Below, piece by piece: positions 41,461-50,962 of a DNA stretch of 64,000 bases (position 1 is the first letter of the stretch; each line of letters begins with the position of its first letter). Below the pieces are notes generated by a model. That model saw only the letters and a list, made by a program, of their open reading frames with translations, had not been told where the DNA came from and ran no database searches. The stretch is taken from positions 29,595 to 93,594 of the forward strand of contig CALXPL010000007.1 of the NCBI GenBank assembly GCA_944390275.1. Direction: 5' to 3'. The position numbers and the translations under genes were made by a program. This DNA comes from an uncultured Alphaproteobacteria bacterium (GTDB lineage Bacteria; Pseudomonadota; Alphaproteobacteria; RF32; CAG-239).

Positions 41461-41499
41461 AAGCGAAACCCACAAGGAACATCTTGTGGGTTTTGCTTT
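41461..41499 (+). terminator. Terminator after cassette 4
   Basis: AAGCGAAACCCACAAG/CTTGTGGGTTTTGCTT stem. Confidence 0.8.
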
Positions 41500-41579
41500 A
41501 TGAGAAAAGGAATTTTGTAAGGCTTGCAAATCAAAAAATATGACTTTATATTAAAAAAAGTAAGTTGAGGAGAAAAAGA

Positions 41580-42122
41580 ATGAAATTATATATATTTCGG
41601 CACGGGCAGACAGAGGGAAACCGTTTGCAAATATGTCAGACGGCGGATTTTGAGTTGAATGAGGAAGGAATAAAGCAAGCAGAACGTTTAAGAGATGATT
41701 TGGCCAAGATAAATTTGCCGATAATTTATGCCAGTCCGTTTAAGAGAGCCGAAATGACAGGAAGAATAGTTGCTTCTGCACACAAGACACCGGTAGAAAT
41801 ACGAGAAGGATTGGAAGAAATGCGCTTTGGTCAGGCGGAAGGCATGCTTGAAGCCGAAATGCCCAAAAAGTTTGGCGAAGAATTGTATCAACAACTGATA
41901 AATGTTCCCGAACCGCATTGGGACAGCAAAATACCGGAAGGAGAGAGCAAGAGGGAAGCCTTAGAGAGATTTAAGCGTAGTCTGGATAAGATAAAAAAGA
42001 TATGTCCCTATGACACAGCCGGAGTCGCAAGTCATGGACACATTATGAGAATTTTTTATTATGACCATTTTAAAGAAGATAAAAAATTTGAGAATTGTGA
42101 ATATTTTGAACTAGAAATATAG
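41580..42122 (+). CDS. Histidine phosphatase family protein
   Basis: FRHGQT, YASPFKRA, LEEMRFG, VASHGHI; GAGGAG RBS. Confidence 0.92.
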   Translation: MKLYIFRHGQTEGNRLQICQTADFELNEEGIKQAERLRDDLAKINLPIIYASPFKRAEMTGRIVASAHKTPVEIREGLEEMRFGQAEGMLEAEMPKKFGEELYQQLINVPEPHWDSKIPEGESKREALERFKRSLDKIKKICPYDTAGVASHGHIMRIFYYDHFKEDKKFENCEYFELEI

Positions 42123-42131
42123 GAGAGCAAA

Positions 42132-42473
42132 ATGCCCTTTGTAACCATAGACACAAACGTTAAAGTAAACGTAACCGATACGATGTTGGAAGAAGTAACG
42201 GATATCATAGTAAAAACGCTGCATAAGCCGGAAAATGCCGTTACGGTAAAAATCAATACGGGAGTAGTCATGGCTTTTGGCGGCAGCAGTAAGCCCCCTG
42301 GAGCATTGATTGAAGTAAAATCAATAGGCTACGGTAACAAGAAAGAAGAATTAGCTCAACAATTTTTGGATTTTGCTCAAACGTATTTTAATGCGGAAGG
42401 GCAATTTGTCGGGATTCACTTTGTTGATATGAAAGCGAATGATGTGTCTCATAATGGAGTGTTAATGGGATAA
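42132..42473 (+). CDS. MIF/phenylpyruvate tautomerase family protein
   Basis: Starts M-P-F (catalytic Pro1), TNV, KPE, MAFGGS..P, EVKSIG; 113 aa. Confidence 0.88.
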   Translation: MPFVTIDTNVKVNVTDTMLEEVTDIIVKTLHKPENAVTVKINTGVVMAFGGSSKPPGALIEVKSIGYGNKKEELAQQFLDFAQTYFNAEGQFVGIHFVDMKANDVSHNGVLMG

Positions 42474-42481
42474 AAAAGAAG

Positions 42482-42545
42482 TTGACATTTTTGTCTAAAA
42501 GGAGTAAAAAAGCAAAGATAGTAAATATAATTAAAATTTATAATT
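42482..42545 (+). promoter_or_regulatory. Sigma70-type promoter and SD-less leader
   Basis: TTGACA-TTTTTGTC...-TAAAAA (17-nt spacer); leader ends AATTAAAATTTATAATT-ATG. Confidence 0.65.
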
Positions 42546-43385
42546 ATGGAAAAAATTAATTTTTCAGCCAAAGAATGGCAGTGTGCAGAAAAAGTGTTAA
42601 ATGAATTTTCTTACCATACGGACTGCCTCCGCAATGGTCAGTTAACCGTGGAACCAAAATATATTGTTTGCATGGATGACGACGCAAGCTCGGCATTTTA
42701 TGCGGCAAAAGTCTATTTTGCCTGTAAAAAACAATATAAACATGAACCGTTGGTTCTATGTGTCGGCGGAAAAGGGATGCTGTCAAAATATCTGAATTAT
42801 GACGGCTGTTCCGAAGGAGAAAAATTGGCGCATGTTTGTCGCCGATTAGGTGTAAAAAGAGTAATGGTTTTGGACAAAGGCAACAATACGGGAGCCAATG
42901 TTAAAGAAATCATTGAAAACACGGAAAAGGGAGCCCCGATAATTTTTTGCCCGACCAAACGTTTAAGTTTACGTTTGGAACGCACGGTAAAATTCAGTAC
43001 GACACAATTTCCCGGAACAGAACCGTTGAACGCATGGTTCTATGTCGCACCGGAAACATTGGAAGATATGTTGCAAGCGCACAACGGCAAGGGACTGGCC
43101 GGAGGGTTAGCCTTGTTGTCGGAGTTAGCTTCGATTTATGAAAGGTTGCGGAGATACAAAAACATCTTTAATGCACCTTTGGAAAAGAAGCCCTCACAAG
43201 AGGGAGTAGAAGCCGCGGCATATCTGGAAAAACACTATCCGATAAAAATAAAACGCTTACCTTTATCTGCGCCGATACAATTTGTTAAAATGTATTGGGC
43301 GGTGATGACAGGGAAGAAAGCCGTTCAAGAAGACTTGGAAAAACATGTCGAAGAATGGCAAACCCGCGTTGAAGAAGGATTGTAA
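42546..43385 (+). CDS. YdcF/DUF218-like protein (cassette 5)
   Basis: LCVGGKG...SEGEKLAHVCRRLGV...DKGNNTGANVKE resembles the DUF218 core. Confidence 0.6.
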   Translation: MEKINFSAKEWQCAEKVLNEFSYHTDCLRNGQLTVEPKYIVCMDDDASSAFYAAKVYFACKKQYKHEPLVLCVGGKGMLSKYLNYDGCSEGEKLAHVCRRLGVKRVMVLDKGNNTGANVKEIIENTEKGAPIIFCPTKRLSLRLERTVKFSTTQFPGTEPLNAWFYVAPETLEDMLQAHNGKGLAGGLALLSELASIYERLRRYKNIFNAPLEKKPSQEGVEAAAYLEKHYPIKIKRLPLSAPIQFVKMYWAVMTGKKAVQEDLEKHVEEWQTRVEEGL

Positions 43386-43389
43386 AAAT

Positions 43390-43427
43390 AAAAAAAAGGT
43401 TGGATTATTATCCAACCTCTTTTTTTT
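43390..43427. terminator. Bidirectional terminator
   Basis: A-run, AGGTTGGAT/ATCCAACCT, T-run, between convergent genes. Confidence 0.85.
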
Positions 43428-43431
43428 GAGG

Positions 43432-44895
43432 TTAATTTGCAGAAACCAAACCATGGCTAAAGGCATAGATAGCCCAAAGAGCAATAATAACAAAAAGCCA
43501 AGCAAGTTTCTTTTCATCTTGAGAAAAGACAGGTTGGTCAGGAGCATTTTGTTTTCGTGCTTTAATAAAGACAGGAATGCCTAAAGCTAAAATAATGACC
43601 GCCAACATGGAATATTTAAGTCCGGCAGCATAGATTAGCCAAACAGCATAAGCCGAGCCGGCAATAGCTGTAAATAAAGCGATAGAACGTGAGGTTTCTG
43701 ATTTCTGAGGATATTCGCCGTCTGTGCAGAGTTTCCATAAATAAATGCAAGACATTAAATAAGCCGGTAAGACCATAACGCTGGTAATGTTAAGCATAAC
43801 TGACCAAGCGTTATTGGCAAAATAAACCAGGAACATACAAATTTGCATGGCGAAGCTGGTAATCCATAAGGAAGCGGAAGGCGAACCGACAGCATTTTCT
43901 TTCATGAATAATTTAGGAAAAGTACCGTTTTGAGCGGCAGCAAAAGGGATTTGAGCGGTTACAATAGTCCAAGCCAACCAACTACTTAAGACGGCAATAA
44001 GCAAGCCGATATTCATCAACCAAGCACCTTTTTTACCGATAATAAGTTCTAAGATACCAACGGTTGAAGGGTTAGCAATATTTTTGAGTTCGTCTTGATG
44101 CATATATCCGTAAGGAAGCATAGAGAGAAGGGCATAGATGATAAGACAAGAGATAAAGCCGAGAAAAGTAGCTTTACCGATATCTTTATAATCTTTAGCT
44201 TTGTCAGAGAGAACGACAGCGCCTTCAATACCGATAAAGGCCCAGAGTGTAACCATCATCGTACTTTTGATTTGAGTTCCGAGACTGCCTAAACTAGCCA
44301 AAGTTTTCGTAGATTCCCCCCAAAAGTCAAAATCAAATTTATCGGAATTAAAGACCACAGCCATAATTAAAATAAAAAGAAAGAGGGGAACAATTTTCAA
44401 GATAGTACCGATAAGATTAACGATACTAGCTTGCTGAACACCTTTAAGGATCATAAAATTAAATCCCCAAATAATAACGGAACCGCCGATAATTGAAGCA
44501 AAATTATTCCCACCGGCAAAATAGGGAGGAAAGAAATAATTAAGAGCATCCATTGTGATAACGGCATAACTGACATTACCGAAGACTTGGCAGAGCCAAT
44601 AAGACCAACCGATAGTAAAACCGGCATAAGCCCCAAAACCGGCACGGCTGTATGAGTAAATACCGGTAGTTAAATCAGGTTTCGTTAAAGAGAGAACCGA
44701 AAAAGTTTTGACAATAAAATAAATACCGATACCGGTAATGACCCAAGAGAGGAGAACGGCACCGGCAGAAGCACCGGCAGCCATATTTTGAGGCAAGCTG
44801 TAAATACCGCCGCCTAACATAGAGCTGACGACGATACAAGCCAAAGCGAAAACGCCTAGGCCTTTTTTGTTGGATTGAGAATTATTTTTTTGCAT
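43432..44895 (-). CDS. aaxC: Arginine/agmatine antiporter (APC family, chlamydial AaxC-like)
   Basis: SSMLGGGIYSLPQNMA, FTIGWSYWLCQVFGNVSYAVITMDALNYFFPPYFAGGN, TLWAFIGIEGAVV. Confidence 0.85.
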   Translation of the reverse strand: MQKNNSQSNKKGLGVFALACIVVSSMLGGGIYSLPQNMAAGASAGAVLLSWVITGIGIYFIVKTFSVLSLTKPDLTTGIYSYSRAGFGAYAGFTIGWSYWLCQVFGNVSYAVITMDALNYFFPPYFAGGNNFASIIGGSVIIWGFNFMILKGVQQASIVNLIGTILKIVPLFLFILIMAVVFNSDKFDFDFWGESTKTLASLGSLGTQIKSTMMVTLWAFIGIEGAVVLSDKAKDYKDIGKATFLGFISCLIIYALLSMLPYGYMHQDELKNIANPSTVGILELIIGKKGAWLMNIGLLIAVLSSWLAWTIVTAQIPFAAAQNGTFPKLFMKENAVGSPSASLWITSFAMQICMFLVYFANNAWSVMLNITSVMVLPAYLMSCIYLWKLCTDGEYPQKSETSRSIALFTAIAGSAYAVWLIYAAGLKYSMLAVIILALGIPVFIKARKQNAPDQPVFSQDEKKLAWLFVIIALWAIYAFSHGLVSAN

Positions 44896-44945
44896 GATAA
44901 ATTCCTGAAAAGAAAGCCCCGAAAGGAGATTCGGGGCTAGAGAGA

Positions 44946-45533
44946 TTACAAAGAAGCCGGAGCGGCATGTTCAAAATTTAAGAAACCCATAGCGGTTAAG
45001 CAATAACCGAATTGTTCAGTAATATTGATGTAATTATGCCACATTTGGAATTCGGAATGTTGTTCAACACCGCGTAGTTCAAGTTCATGACGCAAAGATT
45101 TGCGGAGCCACATTTCAGAATGACCTTTAGCAATTTCATCATCAATATGAGTATCAAAGTATTCAACATATTCAGCCGCCCAACCGCCGATAAGTTCGCC
45201 TTTTTTATTTTTTCCCCAGCAAACGCCGATACCAGTAGCAATAGCTTTGTGGTCATCACGACTTGCTCCGTTAGCCGCCATAATGACTTCCAGTACGGCA
45301 CCATGTTTGAATTGTTTTACGATTTTGTCATTGAGAGGAACGATTTTACCGAAAAGTTCTTTAGGCAAAACAGAAGTATAAGGAACAATGTTAAAGTTTT
45401 CGATACGGGCTTGCAACAAGGCAGAATCATAACAAAAAGTTTCAAAAGGTTGAGGAGGGATACCTTCATTAGCTTGTCCGGCACCGCCGGTAATAAAAGC
45501 AAAAGTAGGATAACGAACACCTTGAGTAGTCAT
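44946..45533 (-). CDS. aaxB: Pyruvoyl-dependent arginine decarboxylase (chlamydial AaxB-type)
   Basis: [34 protein letters not shown] with self-cleavage site T53-S54; [11 protein letters not shown]; 195 aa. Confidence 0.93.
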   Translation of the reverse strand: MTTQGVRYPTFAFITGGAGQANEGIPPQPFETFCYDSALLQARIENFNIVPYTSVLPKELFGKIVPLNDKIVKQFKHGAVLEVIMAANGASRDDHKAIATGIGVCWGKNKKGELIGGWAAEYVEYFDTHIDDEIAKGHSEMWLRKSLRHELELRGVEQHSEFQMWHNYINITEQFGYCLTAMGFLNFEHAAPASL

Positions 45534-45706
45534 AATATTTCTCCCTAAAATGTTAAAAAATAAAAATTACTACTTTGATTTAATCATTTAAGAATTGATT
45601 TCAGGCGGAAGAAATATCCACAGCAAAATATTTTTTTTGAAAAGAGTAGAAATTTTGAAGAATTAGAATACATTATAAGAAAAGAATTAAAGTAAAGGAA
45701 AAAGAA

Positions 45707-46879
45707 ATGCAGCCGAATAAAAAAATTATGACCGGATTATTAAGTATTCTGTTAATAACAGGATGCCTTGAGAATGACAAAAACGCGACCAAAGAAACTG
45801 AAGGACTAAAAGTTCAGGCATTAAGGGTTGAAGCGAAAGATATTCCTTTAGATTTAGAATATTCAGCAAGAGCGCAAGGTTATAAACAAACACAAGTAAG
45901 AGCGCAAGTCGGCGGCATATTGTTAAAAAGACATTATAAAGAAGGCTCGCGAGTAAATGCCGGAGATGTATTGTTTGAAATAGATCCGGCACCGTATAAA
46001 GTAGCGCTATCCCAAGCCAAAGCTCATTTAGCGGAAGCCGAAGCCGAATACCAATCAGCACAGAGCGATTGGAAGAGAATTTCTACATTATACAAACAAA
46101 AAGTCGTTAGTGAAAAATCCAGAGATGATGCACAATCGGCATTAAATATGACAAAAGCAGCCGTTCAAGTAGCTCAAGCACAAGTAGAAAAAGCCGAGTT
46201 GGATTTAGGATATACAACGGTAACGGCCCCAATAAGCGGCATAACCAGTTTGGAAGATCAATCAGAGGGAAGTTTAATTTCGGTAAATGGCGATGCGGGA
46301 TTGTTAACGAGCATAACGCAGGTTGACCCGATTTATGTAATATTTAATGCTTCGGAAAGCGAGATTCTTTCATTAACAACGATGAATGATAAAGGCATGA
46401 TAGCTAATCCGGCTAAAGGCAAAGCGATTACGGCAAAAGTGAAATTAAGTAATGACAGTTATTATCCGTTAAACGGAAAAATTAATTTTATTAATCCGAC
46501 AATAGATGAAAATACGGGAACAATAAAACTTCGTGCGGTATTTCCAAATCCAGAGGGAAGATTACGTCCCGGACAATTTTTGCGTTTAGTAATGGAGGGC
46601 TTGATAAGAAAAGATGCGATAGTCGTACCTGAAGATGCGGTTATGCAAGGAGCAAAAGGACCTTTTGTTTATAAAATAAGTGATAAAGGAACAGTAGAAA
46701 TAGCGAATATAAAAACCGGATTTACAACACAAGAAGAAGGTTGGGTTGTTGATGAAGGATTAAAAGACGGAGATTTAGTAATTATTTCGGATTTAATGAA
46801 AATAAGACAAGGCATTCCGGTAAAAGCGGAAATCGTCAATGAACCGAAAAAAGAAGAAATTTTCGATGCCGACGTATAA
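45707..46879 (+). CDS. RND efflux periplasmic adaptor (AcrA-like MFP)
   Basis: Lipobox LLITGC, VRAQVGGIL, LFEIDPAPY, TVTAPISG, FPNPEGRLRPG. Confidence 0.93.
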   Translation: MQPNKKIMTGLLSILLITGCLENDKNATKETEGLKVQALRVEAKDIPLDLEYSARAQGYKQTQVRAQVGGILLKRHYKEGSRVNAGDVLFEIDPAPYKVALSQAKAHLAEAEAEYQSAQSDWKRISTLYKQKVVSEKSRDDAQSALNMTKAAVQVAQAQVEKAELDLGYTTVTAPISGITSLEDQSEGSLISVNGDAGLLTSITQVDPIYVIFNASESEILSLTTMNDKGMIANPAKGKAITAKVKLSNDSYYPLNGKINFINPTIDENTGTIKLRAVFPNPEGRLRPGQFLRLVMEGLIRKDAIVVPEDAVMQGAKGPFVYKISDKGTVEIANIKTGFTTQEEGWVVDEGLKDGDLVIISDLMKIRQGIPVKAEIVNEPKKEEIFDADV

Positions 46880-46911
46880 AGAATAATCACCATAAGTCAT
46901 AGGAAAGACAA

Positions 46912-49900
46912 ATGTTTTCAAAATTTTTTATTGAAAGACCCATATTCGCCACGGTAGTATCCTTGATTATTGTATTGTCAGGGCTTGTTTCCATGCAAGC
47001 CTTGCCTGTTGAACAATATCCGGATATCGTTCCGACAGAAATACAAATATCAGCAACCTATCCCGGAGCTACGGCAGAAGTTTTGGCAGATACGGTGGCC
47101 GCACCGATAGAACAAGAAGTAAACGGTGTGAAAAACATGATATATATGTACTCCAATTCAACATCAAGCGGTTATTTGACGATAGGTGTCGTCTTTGATA
47201 TTGGTACGGATCCGGATCAAGCAACGATAGATGTAAATAACAAAGTTCAAATGGCAACGCCGCAGCTACCGTCAGAAGTAACCAAAAACGGGGTAACAGT
47301 CGAACAAAAGTCGAATTCAATATTGCAAGTAGTCACGATGAAGTCGGATTCGGAAAGATATGATACGGTTTATGTATCAAATTATGCATTGTTGAATGTT
47401 TTGGATGAAATTAAAAGAATAAAGGGCGTTGGTAGTGCTTCGCTTTTTGCTTCGCAAGACTATTCGATGAGAATATGGCTCAGTCCGGATAAATTGGCTG
47501 ATTACGATTTGACGCCGCAAGATGTGATAAGTGCAATACAAGAACAAAATTCACAATTTGCTGCAGGGCAGTTTGGTCAAGAACCGATGGAAGAAGCGCA
47601 AACCTATACCTATTCGGTCAACACAAAAGGACGTTTAGTCAGTGCTGAAGAGTTTGGTAAGATAATTTTGAAAACAGATAATCAAGGGGGACTATTACTG
47701 TTAAGAGATGTTGCGCGCATTGAGTTGGGCGCGCAAGATTATAGTGTACGTTCAAAATTTAACGGCAAAGATGCGGTCGCATTTGCAATATATTTGCAAC
47801 CGGGAGCTAATGCTTTGGAAACGGCGGAGTTGGTAAAAGCCAAGATGGAAGAATTATCAAAAAGTTTTCCGGAAGGCATAAGTTATGAAATTCCTTACGA
47901 TACGACATTGTTCGTAACGGTTTCGATAAAAGAAGTAATTCATACATTTTTTGAAGCCGTTGTGTTGGTTGTATTGGTTGTTTATTTGTTCTTACAAAGT
48001 TTTCGAGCAACAATGATACCGATATTAGCGGTTCCGGTTTCGATTATCGGAGCATTTGCGGGAATGTATGTTTTAGGTTTTTCCATAAATTTATTAACCT
48101 TATTTGGATTGATATTAGCCATAGGAATTGTGGTTGATGATGCCATAATTGTTTTGGAAAATGTCGAAAGATTGATGAGTGAGGAAGGTCTATCTCCGAA
48201 AGAAGCGGCGATTAAGGCAATGCAGGAAGTATCAGGTCCGGTTATTGCCGTAGCCCTGGTATTGTCTTCGGTATTTTTGCCGATTGCTTTTTTAGGAGGT
48301 ATGACCGGAGTAATGTACAAACAATTTTCGGTAACGATAGCCGTATCCGTTGTTTTATCGGCATTAGTTGCTTTAAGTTTGACTCCATCATTATGTGCCT
48401 TAATTTTGAAAAAAGAGCATATTGTAAAAAAGAAGCATAATTTTTTCAGCTGGTTTGATACTTTTTTTGATAAGGTAACGGAAATTTATGCATCATTAGT
48501 CTTGGTTTTATTAAAATACCGCAAGACGGCATTACTCTGCTTTGCCGGAGTAATATTAGGAATTATATATTTATTAAAGATAATTCCGACCAGTTTGGTT
48601 CCGAATGAAGATATGGGAAGTTTGTTAATGTCCTATGATATGCCGCCGGCATCATCCTTATCAAGGACAACAACATTTACGGATAAAATAGCCGGAGAGG
48701 TCAAAGATAATCCCAATGTCGAAAATATCATTACGATAAATGGCTATAATATATTATCTTCAAGTCAAAATACCTATTCGGCAGTAAGTTTCATTACCTT
48801 ACAAGATTGGGATAAGAGAAAAGAAAAAGACCAATCAGCCACATCCTTGTCGCAAATTTTTACAGGGATAGGGATGAGCGGAGCAAAAGGAATAGGTTAT
48901 TCATTCAGTATGCCGCCCATAATGGGTTTGAGCATGACCGGAGGAATTGAGGGCTACATTCAAAACCGCGTAGGAAAAAGTCCGCAAGAATTAATGGATA
49001 AGACAAATGAATTTATAATACGAGCACAACAAGAACCGGCTTTGAAAAATGTCAAAACAACGTTTTCGGTAAATACACCGCAATACAGAATAGACTTAGA
49101 CCGCGTAAAAGCCAGTACGTTAGATATTCCGATAAACGCAGTTTATGCGGTAATGCAAGCGACATTTGGAAGTTTGTATGTCAATGATTTTACCTATTTA
49201 GGTAGAAATTTCCGAGTTAGTTTGCAGTCAGAATCAAAATTCAGACGCTCACCGGATGATTTAAGATATGTCTATGTAAAATCAAATAACGGAAGTTTAG
49301 TTCCTTTGTCAACATTGATAAAGGTTGAAAGGATTAACGGACCGGAATTAATAAATCGCTTTAACATTTTCCCTGCGGCAAAAGTATTGGCAGATCCTGC
49401 TCCGGGATATAGTTCGGGACAAGCCATAGACGCTATGGAAAAAGTAGCAGAAGAAGTATTGGGCGAAGATTATTCATTATCATGGACAGGTTCGGCTTAT
49501 CAAGAAAAACTGGCCGGAGGAGCATCAACACAAGCCTTTGTGTTTGGATTGATAATGATATTCTTGATTTTATCGGCACAATATGAAAAATGGTCATTAC
49601 CGTTTGTCGTTATATTGGCGGTTCCTTTTGGTGTTTTTGGAGCATTATTGGCGACATGGTTAAGAGGATTAGATAATGATTTGTACTTTCAAATCGGATT
49701 AGTAACCTTGATAGGACTTTCAGCTAAGAATGCCATTTTGATAGTTGAGTTTGCTGTCATGAAAGTCAAAGAAGGATTGACTTACGCGGATGCAGCGGTA
49801 GAAGCGGCTAAGTTAAGATTTCGTCCGATAGTTATGACATCCTTAGCTTTCACGTTTGGCGTATTGCCCTTGGCTATAAGTACGGGAGCAGGAGCAAATT

Positions 49901-50088
49901 GTCGTCATTCAATAGGAACGGGAATGATAGGCGGAATGTTGTTGTCAACATTCGTTTCGACAATATTTGTGCCAATGATATTTGCTCTGGTAGGAGAAAT
50001 TTTTGATGAAGAAAATATCATCAGAAGAAAGATACGGAAAAGAGCAATTAAACGTGGACGTCCGTTATTAAAAGACGTACGGCGATAA
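46912..50088 (+). CDS. RND multidrug efflux permease (AcrB/HAE1 family)
   Basis: FFIERPIFA, LAIGIVVDDAIIVLEN, LIGLSAKNAILIVEFA, RFRPIVMTSLAF. Confidence 0.96.
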   Translation: MFSKFFIERPIFATVVSLIIVLSGLVSMQALPVEQYPDIVPTEIQISATYPGATAEVLADTVAAPIEQEVNGVKNMIYMYSNSTSSGYLTIGVVFDIGTDPDQATIDVNNKVQMATPQLPSEVTKNGVTVEQKSNSILQVVTMKSDSERYDTVYVSNYALLNVLDEIKRIKGVGSASLFASQDYSMRIWLSPDKLADYDLTPQDVISAIQEQNSQFAAGQFGQEPMEEAQTYTYSVNTKGRLVSAEEFGKIILKTDNQGGLLLLRDVARIELGAQDYSVRSKFNGKDAVAFAIYLQPGANALETAELVKAKMEELSKSFPEGISYEIPYDTTLFVTVSIKEVIHTFFEAVVLVVLVVYLFLQSFRATMIPILAVPVSIIGAFAGMYVLGFSINLLTLFGLILAIGIVVDDAIIVLENVERLMSEEGLSPKEAAIKAMQEVSGPVIAVALVLSSVFLPIAFLGGMTGVMYKQFSVTIAVSVVLSALVALSLTPSLCALILKKEHIVKKKHNFFSWFDTFFDKVTEIYASLVLVLLKYRKTALLCFAGVILGIIYLLKIIPTSLVPNEDMGSLLMSYDMPPASSLSRTTTFTDKIAGEVKDNPNVENIITINGYNILSSSQNTYSAVSFITLQDWDKRKEKDQSATSLSQIFTGIGMSGAKGIGYSFSMPPIMGLSMTGGIEGYIQNRVGKSPQELMDKTNEFIIRAQQEPALKNVKTTFSVNTPQYRIDLDRVKASTLDIPINAVYAVMQATFGSLYVNDFTYLGRNFRVSLQSESKFRRSPDDLRYVYVKSNNGSLVPLSTLIKVERINGPELINRFNIFPAAKVLADPAPGYSSGQAIDAMEKVAEEVLGEDYSLSWTGSAYQEKLAGGASTQAFVFGLIMIFLILSAQYEKWSLPFVVILAVPFGVFGALLATWLRGLDNDLYFQIGLVTLIGLSAKNAILIVEFAVMKVKEGLTYADAAVEAAKLRFRPIVMTSLAFTFGVLPLAISTGAGANCRHSIGTGMIGGMLLSTFVSTIFVPMIFALVGEIFDEENIIRRKIRKRAIKRGRPLLKDVRR

Positions 50089-50094
50089 AAAAAG

Positions 50095-50126
50095 AAAACC
50101 GATAAAGAAAATTTATCGGTTTTTTT
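50095..50126 (+). terminator. Terminator after RND permease
   Basis: AAAACCGATAAA/TTTATCGGTTTT followed by T's. Confidence 0.8.
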
Positions 50127-50229
50127 GTTGAATTTAATAAAGATGATTAAGATAAGTCAAAGAAGATATAAAAAAACAACCCATATCCATAAAGAAAAGA
50201 ATAGGGTTGTTTTTTTCAAACTGTAAGAT

Positions 50230-50877
50230 TTAAGCAATATCGGCAATAACTTCGAGACTGATTATTTCATCAGGGTTAGAAACTTCGCCGTTATTTCCCG
50301 TTCCTTTTTTAATAGTATCGACATATTCCATTCCTGAAGTAACTTCACCCCATACGGTATATTGTCCGTTTAACCAATCACAGTCGGCAAAGCAAATAAA
50401 AAATTGACTGTCAGCAGAATCAGGAAGCATAGAACGAGCCATAGATACAGTACCTCTTTTGTGAGGGTGTTTATTAAATTCGGCTTTAAGTTTTTTACCG
50501 GAACCGCCGGTTCCATTTCCGTAAGGACAACCTGTTTGAGCCATAAATCCGTCAATAACGCGGTGGAATTTTAATCCGTTATAAAATCCGGCACGTACCA
50601 ACTCTTTAATTCGAGCGACGTGGTTTGGAGCAATATCCGGCAACATTTCAATAACGACTTCTCCGTCTTTTAGTTTGAGCAAAAGAGCATTTTCAGCATC
50701 TTTAACTTTATAAGAATGTTTTATCTTCTTTGCACGAGTCTGAGAGACGGAAAGTTTTTTTGTATCAGCGGATTTCAGGCTTTTCGTTTCGCTTTTTCCC
50801 AAAGATTTTGTTTGAGATTTTGCGAGTTTTGGAGTTTTTTCTTTTTTTTCATCAACAATTTTTTTAACGGCTTTCAT
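50230..50877 (-). CDS. Cyclophilin-type peptidyl-prolyl isomerase with Lys-rich N-terminal extension
   Basis: APNHVARIKEL, FHRVIDGFMAQTG, SMARS...SADSQFFICF, YTVWG. Confidence 0.93.
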   Translation of the reverse strand: MKAVKKIVDEKKEKTPKLAKSQTKSLGKSETKSLKSADTKKLSVSQTRAKKIKHSYKVKDAENALLLKLKDGEVVIEMLPDIAPNHVARIKELVRAGFYNGLKFHRVIDGFMAQTGCPYGNGTGGSGKKLKAEFNKHPHKRGTVSMARSMLPDSADSQFFICFADCDWLNGQYTVWGEVTSGMEYVDTIKKGTGNNGEVSNPDEIISLEVIADIA

Positions 50878-50962
50878 AAGACATAATCTCCATAAATTAA
50901 AGTTTACCTATAAAATAATATAGGTATTGAAATTTAAAAATACACTAATAAGAGAGAGAAAA

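Noticed and set aside
33100-43430. Integron with attC sites, or prophage remnant
   Set aside because: No integrase, no RYYYAAC/GTTRRRY attC ends recognised, and no phage structural genes; the hairpins look like ordinary terminators.
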